DNA of 64,000 bases, taken from positions 64,001-128,000 of IMG/VR virus record IMGVR_UViG_3300028388_004772. The stretch is one strand, 5' to 3'. The position numbers and the translations under genes are program-made. Source of the DNA: a virus. The notes under the pieces were generated by a model, which was not told the DNA's origin, did no database searches, and saw only the letters and a list, made by a program, of their open reading frames with translations. This document shows, one piece after another, positions 47,500 to 55,587 of this stretch; positions within the stretch are counted from its first letter, which is position 1; each line of letters opens with the position of its first letter.

Positions 47500-48023
47500 T
47501 TAGCGCCGCCTCTTTTCTTTGCTAGTTCGGCCTGCCGAACTTTAGGAAACATTCTCTTTGCCAATGTGTCAATTCTTTTCTTGATAGCTGGTTTATCTAA
47601 ACGCTTTTCAATTTCTTGACGGCGTGCATATGTCAGCTCTGACTTTGGAATGTCTTTGGTAAATTTCTTTAAGAACATTTGACGAACTTGCTTACGAGTT
47701 CGCTTCATTAATTTTTCTTTGGAGGCAATTCTTCGCTTCGCTCTTTCACGACCAAGCTTGATTCTCGGTTGAAGTCTCTTGAATGTTCTCTTGCGCTGGA
47801 GTCTTTGTTGAACGGTTAGAGCTTCTTCTACTGATTCTGTAACTGGACCGCCTTCGCCTACACCATGAGTTCTTTTGCGACGATAGGCGCGATAGTTGGT
47901 AAGATCGTCTTCACCAGGACGGTAGTTTGTGACGTGTAAATCGTCAAAGGATAATGGACGGCTGAAGTTATCCTTCCCATCCATTTCAAGTACATCTCTG
48001 AATCGCAGAAGCTGTTCTGCCAT
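47496..48023 (-). CDS. Very basic hypothetical protein
   Basis: EALTVQQRLQRKRTF...; Arg/Lys-rich. Confidence 0.7.
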   Translation of the reverse strand: MAEQLLRFRDVLEMDGKDNFSRPLSFDDLHVTNYRPGEDDLTNYRAYRRKRTHGVGEGGPVTESVEEALTVQQRLQRKRTFKRLQPRIKLGRERAKRRIASKEKLMKRTRKQVRQMFLKKFTKDIPKSELTYARRQEIEKRLDKPAIKKRIDTLAKRMFPKVRQAELAKKRGGAK

Positions 48024-48054
48024 TTTTATTCTCCTGGTTTTCCCATCTAATATA

Positions 48055-49284
48055 TTATTGACGGCGTGGTGTTTGCCAGCCTTTCAAAATTTCTGGGCTA
48101 AAGTTGGCGTATGAAAATTCCATACGATCAACAATCTTAACCGCATCACCACCAAGTGTGTCAATGGCTACGAAGCCTTCTGACCCTGTGGTTTGGTAAC
48201 CGTTTTTAGTATGCTTAAGAAAAGTCTTAATCTTATTAAATCGGTCTAATATATTTATAAGTTTTAGTTTCGCTAATACAATAACTTTTTGTAATTCAAA
48301 TATTTTTTGTAACGATGCTTTATTCGCTGCAGAGAAAAACTCAAGTAAATCATTCAACGCTTTTTGTTGAGTAGCCTTACCCTTTTCAGTAGTTCTCTTA
48401 CTAATTTCCTTCCTGTACTTATTCTTGATCCAGACGATGAGTTTTCTGGTGTGCGCTGCAGTATCAGTAATAACTGTGCCTGCTCGTACGTGGGTGTTGT
48501 TAAATTGCTCAATATGTTGAGCAAGCTTTTGATTCTGTTCGAGCTGTCTAAGCGTCGAACCTGAGATTTGGTTAAACAATTTCCCAGCTTGTGTAAGATA
48601 TTCATTGACTTCCTCCGTGTCCTTTTTAGACATAGTATATTGAGTCATATCTCTTAGTAGGGCATCTTGTGACCAGACGTTCTTAGATTTTCTAAATCCT
48701 GTGACGTCTGCACCATAACTAGCTTTCATTGTTTCAAAACTGTTTCCTGTATACGAGGTGTGCCACACAATTCCTATTTTCGCCGCATTGATCTCCTTCG
48801 CCATAGGGGTATTGGCTGGGACTGCGTAGACGATTGTGTTCGGATGAAACGTGATGTAATCTTTTCCTTTAATTTTTTCACTCTTAATATCATCGCTTGA
48901 AAATAAGAAATCACCTTGAACTACTCCTTTGATTCCTAGATCCGGTAAATGCTTTAGAGCAAGCTTAAGCTTTGTGTTAAGATCACCGCTTGTATCATCA
49001 TCAATATCACCATCAGACTTGTACACTTTGGGATTTTTATTGAAAATACCTTTCTTGGCGACAAAGAATCGTCCATCACGAGGATCAGTACCAGCAAAGA
49101 TAGAAGGAGCACCATCCCACTTAACAGAAACTTTTCCATCGTGTTCACCAGCAAAGGTATCTCTGAGAGCACGTAATGCAAGAATTGCTTGCCGAGTTCC
49201 ATCAACTCCGCCATATAAAACCTTATCCTCAATGTGAGTCATGTGTGTGTTTTTTTGTTCTGTTATATATTCTGCAAAGTTCAT
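48055..49284 (-). CDS. DUF6267-like protein with ligase-type covalent nucleotidyltransferase motifs
   Basis: KNTHMTHIED; VKWDGAP (KxDG), VQGDFLF, EGFV, AVKIVDRMEFS. Confidence 0.7.
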   Translation of the reverse strand: MNFAEYITEQKNTHMTHIEDKVLYGGVDGTRQAILALRALRDTFAGEHDGKVSVKWDGAPSIFAGTDPRDGRFFVAKKGIFNKNPKVYKSDGDIDDDTSGDLNTKLKLALKHLPDLGIKGVVQGDFLFSSDDIKSEKIKGKDYITFHPNTIVYAVPANTPMAKEINAAKIGIVWHTSYTGNSFETMKASYGADVTGFRKSKNVWSQDALLRDMTQYTMSKKDTEEVNEYLTQAGKLFNQISGSTLRQLEQNQKLAQHIEQFNNTHVRAGTVITDTAAHTRKLIVWIKNKYRKEISKRTTEKGKATQQKALNDLLEFFSAANKASLQKIFELQKVIVLAKLKLINILDRFNKIKTFLKHTKNGYQTTGSEGFVAIDTLGGDAVKIVDRMEFSYANFSPEILKGWQTPRRQ

Positions 49285-50618
49285 TATCGTACCTCAATCC
49301 AACCAAGAGACGCCCAACCAGCTTTATTAGAACTAGTTGCGGCAATGGCAATTAAAAATACATCTGATGTATCTCCAAGAGTAGTAGTTGTACTTCTCTG
49401 AATCTGAGTAATTGATCTTTGCGGAAACGTATACTTCTCACCCTGATTACCAGAACTAACATATGTTGTCTGAAGAATATTACCACCCGTAAAGCTAGTT
49501 GCAGTTATATTATACTCCACCGGACTCTCAGCTCCAGCACTTACCCAAGTACCACCAGTAACTGTAGCACCTTCAATTGATCGAATAAAGATATCTGTAT
49601 TATCTAATGTGCAACCAGCATATTCATCTGGAATAATAACACTAAACAGAGAGTCCGATTTTAATCGAATTGCAACAATTGGATAAAAAGTATTTGCATT
49701 AGTTAGAGTTTTACCGGTAATTGCGCTTGAAATACTTTCTTGTCTACCTAGCAGTGTGGTAGTACCCTCTGCAGACAAAGCGTGAGCACCTTGATAAAAA
49801 GTATGTGTACCAGGAGCACCAGTAACGTTGGTTAATTCCACACGAATTGGTAATGCTGCCCTTGAAGCCCACGTATGAGGGTGTCTGTTAGCGTGAAGAA
49901 TGCGATGAACTGGAAACTTATTATTGTCAATGACAAAGTTCCACTCAATCATACCAGATCCAAACCATTCATATTCCATACTCATATGCTGTATCATTTC
50001 AGGATCAGCTGTAATTCCACTCGGACCAGTACCGTCTAACTTATCAACATTCCACTCATCACGAGCATATGATTCTTCCTCAATGCCACCTGCAGTATTT
50101 CTTCTTAAAACACAACGATATGTTCCATCACCACTATCTTCAAAATAGAATCCATTCGATTCATTAAACATGCCAACTCGGCGACGAATGCCAGTAGTAG
50201 GTGTTCCAAAGATAATTGTTGTTGAAAATTCACCTTGACGGCCAGGAAGATATCTTTGAACTCGTTTGGTTTGACGAATCACTTCATCCCCAACATCTGA
50301 ACCGACTTCTAGTTTAACCATACCAAGATATGCATCATGTGTAGCACTTGCTGTACCGGAAGTTAATTCATCAAAAATTCCTGTATCTTTAGATCGAGTA
50401 AATGTTGCAAAATCTGTCAGCTCAAATGTAGATACCTTACGTCTGTTTAATGATGTATGCTGTACGGTATCATCATCAACAAGAACTACTTGCTTACCAA
50501 ATGGATTGACAGCAGTAACAAATTCACCATCTGTATGAGCTAAGAGATTAACTTCATAAAGATCATCATTTTTCTGAGGTCTTTGTTTACTATTTCTTTT
50601 CTTACTGTACTGAGCCAT
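49284..50618 (-). CDS. Putative virion structural protein
   Basis: IRQTKRVQRYLPG, RRVGMF, QHMSMEYEWFGSG beta-rich family. Confidence 0.65.
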   Translation of the reverse strand: MAQYSKKRNSKQRPQKNDDLYEVNLLAHTDGEFVTAVNPFGKQVVLVDDDTVQHTSLNRRKVSTFELTDFATFTRSKDTGIFDELTSGTASATHDAYLGMVKLEVGSDVGDEVIRQTKRVQRYLPGRQGEFSTTIIFGTPTTGIRRRVGMFNESNGFYFEDSGDGTYRCVLRRNTAGGIEEESYARDEWNVDKLDGTGPSGITADPEMIQHMSMEYEWFGSGMIEWNFVIDNNKFPVHRILHANRHPHTWASRAALPIRVELTNVTGAPGTHTFYQGAHALSAEGTTTLLGRQESISSAITGKTLTNANTFYPIVAIRLKSDSLFSVIIPDEYAGCTLDNTDIFIRSIEGATVTGGTWVSAGAESPVEYNITATSFTGGNILQTTYVSSGNQGEKYTFPQRSITQIQRSTTTTLGDTSDVFLIAIAATSSNKAGWASLGWIEVR

Positions 50619-50621
50619 ATC

Positions 50622-51977
50622 TTAACTTATCTTAATGTATACAGAACTAACGTCTGTCTGGGAACCAGCATATGATACAATCTTTTGGATCGCACATTCA
50701 ACCTTGTCATTAGGCTGACCTTTGAGAGCATTGATCATCTCCATTCCCTGAATCTTAGATATCAGATATGATTTTGGAGAGGTCTTATAATCTTTATGTG
50801 TCTCAATCTCATTCATTAGTTCATCGACATTCATTTTGATAGTTGAGTCAAACTTCTTAGCTTGGTCAAGAGCATACTGATAGATCTTTCTCTTATCTCT
50901 ATCATACATCTGAGTGATCTCGGTAGCAGTCATTACTTTGAATTGGCCACCGACACACTCCTGGATATACTTTTCGATCATTGCTGGTGTAATCTTACCA
51001 CCCGCAGCAAGTCTACCTTTCAACTCACCCTGAGCAGGAGACATTCGCTTGAACGATCTGATATCCAGTGAATCTCTACCATTGAATGTAATCGTACAGG
51101 TTTTGCTCTGAGTGAATCCACGCTTACCAATATCCAGTTTAGTGAGTTTGATAGGCTTTTGGATTGCTCTAAAGTTCTTAATCTCACCTTTGACTTTACT
51201 GTCAGTCTTCTTTAATGATACACCAATTACAGTCTTAGCAACATATTGTTTCTGTAGCCATGTGTTCAGTTCGTAGATACTTTCAAACTGACTGAAGTCT
51301 GTGTCGAGGAATCTAGGATTGACCATCCAAATGTCAGCTGGATTCCACTTATCTAGTTGCATTTCCTTACCAGCTTTTTTCAATAGGGAATCAGCTGCAT
51401 CCGAAATATTCTTAACAAAAGCACTGTTACTTCTTTGACAGATAGTAAACGGCTTACTAGCAATCTGAGGAACTCTTGTAACTCTTTTAGCAACAAACTT
51501 TGAGCTGATGATCCAACTCTGAGGCGCTTTTTTGATCAGATCTTCAGCCGAGAATTTTGATTGTACGGATAGGTTGGCAAAATCATCCATAGCAAATTCA
51601 GTATTAGGATGTTTCAATTTGCAGGCAATGAAGTATGCAGCGAGAGATTCATTTTCATCTGTAGTAAGGTCTTTAGCTCCAGCAGCTGGTTTGACAGAAA
51701 CATATTGACCAGCATATGCTCCATCAAACTTGACAGTACCTTCTGACGACTTTCCTGCCTTCTGACCATCATCAGATACATCTAGTATAGCACCAATTGC
51801 TTTTAGATTATCAGCAATGTTTGCAAGTTCAGTTTTTCTTTCTGATCTTGGAACATAGACAAATAGACGGTTTCTTGTATCGGGTTCAATTTTGCCATAT
51901 CCGAGTTTAACAAGCCTCTTGACTAGTTCATCTTGAAGCATAGTTTCCTCCAATATATAATTCTTAAACTTAATCAT
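50622..51977 (-). CDS. Putative PD-(D/E)xK-like nuclease with a CTS-like N-terminus
   Basis: DKWNPADIWMV...IGVSLKK; start MIKFKNYILEE. Confidence 0.55.
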   Translation of the reverse strand: MIKFKNYILEETMLQDELVKRLVKLGYGKIEPDTRNRLFVYVPRSERKTELANIADNLKAIGAILDVSDDGQKAGKSSEGTVKFDGAYAGQYVSVKPAAGAKDLTTDENESLAAYFIACKLKHPNTEFAMDDFANLSVQSKFSAEDLIKKAPQSWIISSKFVAKRVTRVPQIASKPFTICQRSNSAFVKNISDAADSLLKKAGKEMQLDKWNPADIWMVNPRFLDTDFSQFESIYELNTWLQKQYVAKTVIGVSLKKTDSKVKGEIKNFRAIQKPIKLTKLDIGKRGFTQSKTCTITFNGRDSLDIRSFKRMSPAQGELKGRLAAGGKITPAMIEKYIQECVGGQFKVMTATEITQMYDRDKRKIYQYALDQAKKFDSTIKMNVDELMNEIETHKDYKTSPKSYLISKIQGMEMINALKGQPNDKVECAIQKIVSYAGSQTDVSSVYIKIS

Positions 51978-51978
51978 G

Positions 51979-52590
51979 TTACCTTACAAATCCCCCGACG
52001 CGGCCGTGTAGTTCAGGATAATCAATATATTGATATCCCTCTGGTGGTTGTTTACTATCACCTTCCCACACGGGTATAAATTCCTGTTGGTTTTCTAAAA
52101 AACTGAAGTCTTCATTTCTTCTCAAATGAACTTCAATTAATTTGCCATCAATAAACTCACAGTTGATCCAAGGGATCGATAACGATACTTGTTCTAACTC
52201 ATCAGGAAAAGGAAAGACTATATCATCTCTTATCCATGAATCCCAATGGGTCAATGTATCTTTATTTTTTATACCTTTAACTGTCAGCTCTTGCTGGCCC
52301 CAAAAGTAATCAACAGAATAATGATCACCCTCAAACCACTCACACCAAAAATGTCCAAGTGGTAGATGATCGGTTGACTGTTCAAGAAATACTTTTTGCG
52401 CACCCAATCCCAGTCCTAGCATATTCACACAAGGTCTGACAATATACTCGCCTGGATACGGAACATCCAAACCAGTGGGACCACACATGTATCCCATAGT
52501 CCTGGATAGAATCAGCTTATCCATGACCCACAGATGTTCAGCGTCAGTTGTTAGCCAAGCTTTAGTCTCAGGGTCCATTATCAGTTCCAT
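51979..52590 (-). CDS. ATP-grasp-like protein
   Basis: YIVRPCVN..G.G, WCEWFEGDHYSVDY, INCEF....IEVHLRRN. Confidence 0.6.
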   Translation of the reverse strand: MELIMDPETKAWLTTDAEHLWVMDKLILSRTMGYMCGPTGLDVPYPGEYIVRPCVNMLGLGLGAQKVFLEQSTDHLPLGHFWCEWFEGDHYSVDYFWGQQELTVKGIKNKDTLTHWDSWIRDDIVFPFPDELEQVSLSIPWINCEFIDGKLIEVHLRRNEDFSFLENQQEFIPVWEGDSKQPPEGYQYIDYPELHGRVGGFVR

Positions 52591-52604
52591 CGATTACCTT
52601 AATG

Positions 52605-52612
52605 TATTTATA
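52605..52612 (-). promoter_or_regulatory. T4-type late promoter heading the internal-protein cluster
   Basis: Exact intergenic TATAAATA. Confidence 0.75.
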
Positions 52613-52652
52613 ACAAAAAAGTAATCGATATACTGAAGAAAGGGGGAGGGGC

Positions 52653-53609
52653 TTATGCCGCCTCCGCAAACTCGATCGCTGTTTCCAGCGCATTTTTCTT
52701 GCGAGTCTGGTTAGAACCAAACCATGATGAATACAGACGATTGTCCGCATTGCGTCCCTGGACGTGATCAGTATTGAACGTCACAGAGTTGTATGCCTGC
52801 CACCAGCTGCCTTCAGCAAACTCGGCACCAGGCTGTGTCTCGAGGACATCAAGACATGCTTTCGCATTCCGTGACAATGTCTCTGCAGACAACTTCTTGT
52901 CTTTGACACGCTTGTCAGAATGACGAGGATAAACTGTGTTGTAATACTCAATTAGCTTATCCATAGTGAAACGCTTAGAGCCAAGGTACTCTGCCATCTC
53001 ACGGTATGTAGCCAACTTCTCAGAAGCAATTCCAAGAGCCTCTTTGACTTCACCTGGGTTGAACTCAACACGATGTCCAACCTTTACTTGACGCTCAGCC
53101 TGCATGCTGAGAGACAAAGATAATGTGTTATTACACACTACACGAATAGGAGTGAATCGAACATCGATTGACTTACCATACTGGTGTGGGTTAGAGAAAA
53201 GCAAATACGATTCTACTTGGTCACCACCAAACAAATCAAATGATTCTTTGACTTTTGCCAAAGCCCAGACCATCTGGCCATCACGAAGAGATCCAGCAGT
53301 GTGCATCTCCATATCACCAGCAAAGACATACTCACTAAAGAATTCAAAAGCCTGCTCGTTCTGGACTGGATTCCAGTCCTTACCTACATTGGTAAGAACT
53401 CGGCCGTCAGTAGCACGGACCAGAGCTTTCTGGCCAGTGGCAATCTGTTCGCCATTTAGATTAACAAATGAAGGAAGCTCTTCAACCTTCCAATCGACCC
53501 CAGCCTTCTGCATCATTTGAGCAGGAGTAAGATCATTAGAAACAGGAACTCCAAGACCGTGCCAAGGAAGTTCACCTGCGTACGCCATAGTTTCAACTTG
53601 ATGTGCCAT
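52653..53609 (-). CDS. DUF932/DUF945 phage-plasmid protein
   Basis: MAYAGELPWHGLG, PVQNEQAF, TAGSL..G..VW, TPIRVVCNNTL. Confidence 0.85.
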   Translation of the reverse strand: MAHQVETMAYAGELPWHGLGVPVSNDLTPAQMMQKAGVDWKVEELPSFVNLNGEQIATGQKALVRATDGRVLTNVGKDWNPVQNEQAFEFFSEYVFAGDMEMHTAGSLRDGQMVWALAKVKESFDLFGGDQVESYLLFSNPHQYGKSIDVRFTPIRVVCNNTLSLSLSMQAERQVKVGHRVEFNPGEVKEALGIASEKLATYREMAEYLGSKRFTMDKLIEYYNTVYPRHSDKRVKDKKLSAETLSRNAKACLDVLETQPGAEFAEGSWWQAYNSVTFNTDHVQGRNADNRLYSSWFGSNQTRKKNALETAIEFAEAA

Positions 53610-53635
53610 AATATAAATTCCTTTGTTTTTTGATT

Positions 53636-53685
53636 TCAGATAAACATTATCCGACCATACTTATACAAAGTCAACAGTTTTTTTC
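53636..53685 (-). promoter_or_regulatory. Early promoter, diverged copy 4
   Basis: AAAAAACTG-TTGACT-N17-GATAAT-GTTTATC. Confidence 0.7.
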
Positions 53686-53702
53686 AATTAATTTAAAATT
53701 TG

Positions 53703-53750
53703 TTTTATATCCAACTAATATCTTTTTTTAGGTATTGATTGGATATAAAA
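53703..53750. repeat. Long inverted repeat / hairpin
   Basis: TTTTATATCCAA ... TTGGATATAAAA with an inner imperfect stem. Confidence 0.7.
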
Positions 53751-53756
53751 GGTAAC

Positions 53757-53936
53757 TTAAGAATATTCGTCTTTTGATAATTCACGGCACTTTATAAGAA
53801 GGAGATCAGCAATGATCTCATCAGGAAGGTATTCAGGTTCAAAAGCAATTCCATATCGCATACAGTAATGCAAATAATTTTCAGCCTCTAATAGATTGGC
53901 TGGTGTCAAATGATTCCTATACTTTTCTGTAATCAT
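53757..53936 (-). CDS. Hypothetical protein (59 aa)
   Basis: Manual translation MITEKYRNHLTPANLLEAE...; ATGA-coupled. Confidence 0.55.
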   Translation of the reverse strand: MITEKYRNHLTPANLLEAENYLHYCMRYGIAFEPEYLPDEIIADLLLIKCRELSKDEYS

Positions 53937-54220
53937 GTTTCCGTGCCTTGTGGTGGAAATAACTGAAAGTTGTCACCAGATGAAATAACACATGTCGTTT
54001 GCTTTTGTTTGTTTGTTACAATGAAGGACCAAGTCTTTGTCCGTGGATTCACCCAAAAAGAATGGGCCAAATCTTCACCATCTTCATTTTTACTTGGTGC
54101 CATAAAGATAATTTCCTCTTTATATCTTTCACGAAGGCCCTCCAATAAATTTTGTGAAGGACCACACATAATCGGTAATTGTAATTCGAATGCAGCTACG
54201 GCTGCCAGTAAGAAGCTCAT
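53933..54220 (-). CDS. Hypothetical secreted protein
   Basis: PIMCG...YKEEIIF...VNPRTKTWS...CVISSG; GGAG RBS. Confidence 0.65.
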   Translation of the reverse strand: MSFLLAAVAAFELQLPIMCGPSQNLLEGLRERYKEEIIFMAPSKNEDGEDLAHSFWVNPRTKTWSFIVTNKQKQTTCVISSGDNFQLFPPQGTET

Positions 54221-54235
54221 AGCTTACATCTCCAA

Positions 54236-54495
54236 AAAAGTAGCCCGTTGGATTACAAGGTGGGCCAGACCCCGTTTAGCCTCAAGCGGCTAAAGCGTAA
54301 ACGTCATCGTTTGCGTTTATTTTAAGTCCTTGCATTTTCGGCTAATGATCTAACACCCGCCTGAGGTAGCTTGCGCACCTATTCTCCACAAAGCCTTGGG
54401 TCGCCGTCGAATCTATTTCGGTCCCATCAGAAACACTCCTCGAAGTGCTTTTGGTGGAACCGCCGGGTACTGCCCCCGGGTCCGTCAACTTATCT
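54236..54495 (-). ncRNA. ssrA: Two-piece (circularly permuted) tmRNA, tag ANDDVYALAA
   Basis: 3' module GACCCGGGGGCAGTACCCGGCGGTTCCACCA precedes an intervening hairpin and 5' module GGGACCGAAATAGATTCGAC; G3:U70 pair; tag ORF at 54314-54282; terminator-like end. Confidence 0.9.
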
Positions 54496-54519
54496 CTTTG
54501 CTTCACTGAATTCTACTCT

Positions 54520-54548
54520 ATTATATATTAATTTTTTATTATCGGCAA
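54520..54548 (-). promoter_or_regulatory. Sigma70 promoter for the tmRNA
   Basis: TTGCCG-N17-TATAAT. Confidence 0.65.
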
Positions 54549-54557
54549 CAGGTTTAT

Positions 54558-54565
54558 TATAAATA
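54558..54565 (+). promoter_or_regulatory. T4-type late promoter for the plus-strand envelope operon
   Basis: Exact TATAAATA followed by GAGGAG RBS. Confidence 0.78.
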
Positions 54566-54588
54566 TCCCATAGAGAGAGGAGTCGATT

Positions 54589-55026
54589 ATGTTAGCAGAG
54601 CTTGCCGCTGCTAATGCTGCATTTGATGTCATTAAGCAGACGATTCAGAATGGAAAGGAAATTTATGAGGCTGGTGAAGCAGCCGCAGAATACTTTGGTC
54701 TAAAATCTGAGATTCAGAAGAAAGCTCATGAACATGGATACAAATCTGACTTACAAGCTTTCATGGCTGCTGAGAAGCTTAAAGCTCAGGAGGATGAGCT
54801 AAAAGAGATGATGGTTTGGCAGGGAAGAGGTGGCATGTGGCAGGACTGGCTTACTTTCCAGGCTCAAATGAAAAAAAGTCGAGAAGAAGAAATGAAGTTA
54901 AAACAGATTGCAAAAGTAAAAAGAAAGAAACTTCTTATCGATTCATTGATCATTGGTTCAGCAATAACTGTAGGATTTACAGTTATATCTGGATTTGTTC
55001 TATTATTACTTTCAAATATAAAATAA
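54589..55026 (+). CDS. Hypothetical protein with a C-terminal TM helix
   Basis: MLAELAAANAAFDVIK; strong RBS; hydrophobic C-terminus. Confidence 0.75.
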   Translation: MLAELAAANAAFDVIKQTIQNGKEIYEAGEAAAEYFGLKSEIQKKAHEHGYKSDLQAFMAAEKLKAQEDELKEMMVWQGRGGMWQDWLTFQAQMKKSREEEMKLKQIAKVKRKKLLIDSLIIGSAITVGFTVISGFVLLLLSNIK

Positions 55027-55035
55027 GGAGCAGAG

Positions 55036-55587
55036 ATGCTTAAGAAGCTAGCAATGGCTGGCTTAATTATGTTTACAGCTATGGCTTTTGGTGCTGACCC
55101 AATTGTGACTGATTCAACCAGCAATAGTACGGTTACGACTACAGGAAAGACCGAGACCACAGTTAAGTCTCCACCTTCTTCTGCAATTAGTCCATCTATT
55201 AATTCAAGCAATTCTGATCTATGTACGGTTGGAGTTTCTGGTGCTGTACAGACTCAAATCCTTGGTATTTCTGGTGGAGCTACAGTTAGGGATCTCAACT
55301 GTGAACGATTAAAACTCGCAAAGACTGTATATGACATGGGTATGAAGGTTGCTGCTGTTTCTATTATGTGTGGTGATCCACGTGTATTCAATGCAATGTG
55401 GATGGCAGGAACTCCTTGTCCTTATGAAGGTAAGATTGGATCAGAAGCAAAGGCGTTGTGGGAAGCAAATCCTGAGCTGAAGCCAACAGAGATCGAAGTA
55501 GAGGAAAGACGTAATGACAAGTTTGAAGGTTGGGGTTGGGGTATTGCTACTTCTGCTCTTATCTTTGCACTTACCGGCACACTCTGA
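55036..55587 (+). CDS. Secreted/membrane Cys-containing protein
   Basis: Signal peptide; SPPSSAISP..DLC..GVSGAVQTQ..DLNCERLK..MAGTPCP; C-terminal TM. Confidence 0.75.
   Translation: MLKKLAMAGLIMFTAMAFGADPIVTDSTSNSTVTTTGKTETTVKSPPSSAISPSINSSNSDLCTVGVSGAVQTQILGISGGATVRDLNCERLKLAKTVYDMGMKVAAVSIMCGDPRVFNAMWMAGTPCPYEGKIGSEAKALWEANPELKPTEIEVEERRNDKFEGWGWGIATSALIFALTGTL

Noticed and set aside
40632-48259. Intragenic TATAAATA matches at 40632 and 48252
   Set aside because: Inside coding sequence of an AT-rich genome; possibly real but not supportable without TSS data.
54371-54562. Plus-strand 63-aa ORF
   Set aside because: Antisense to the tmRNA.
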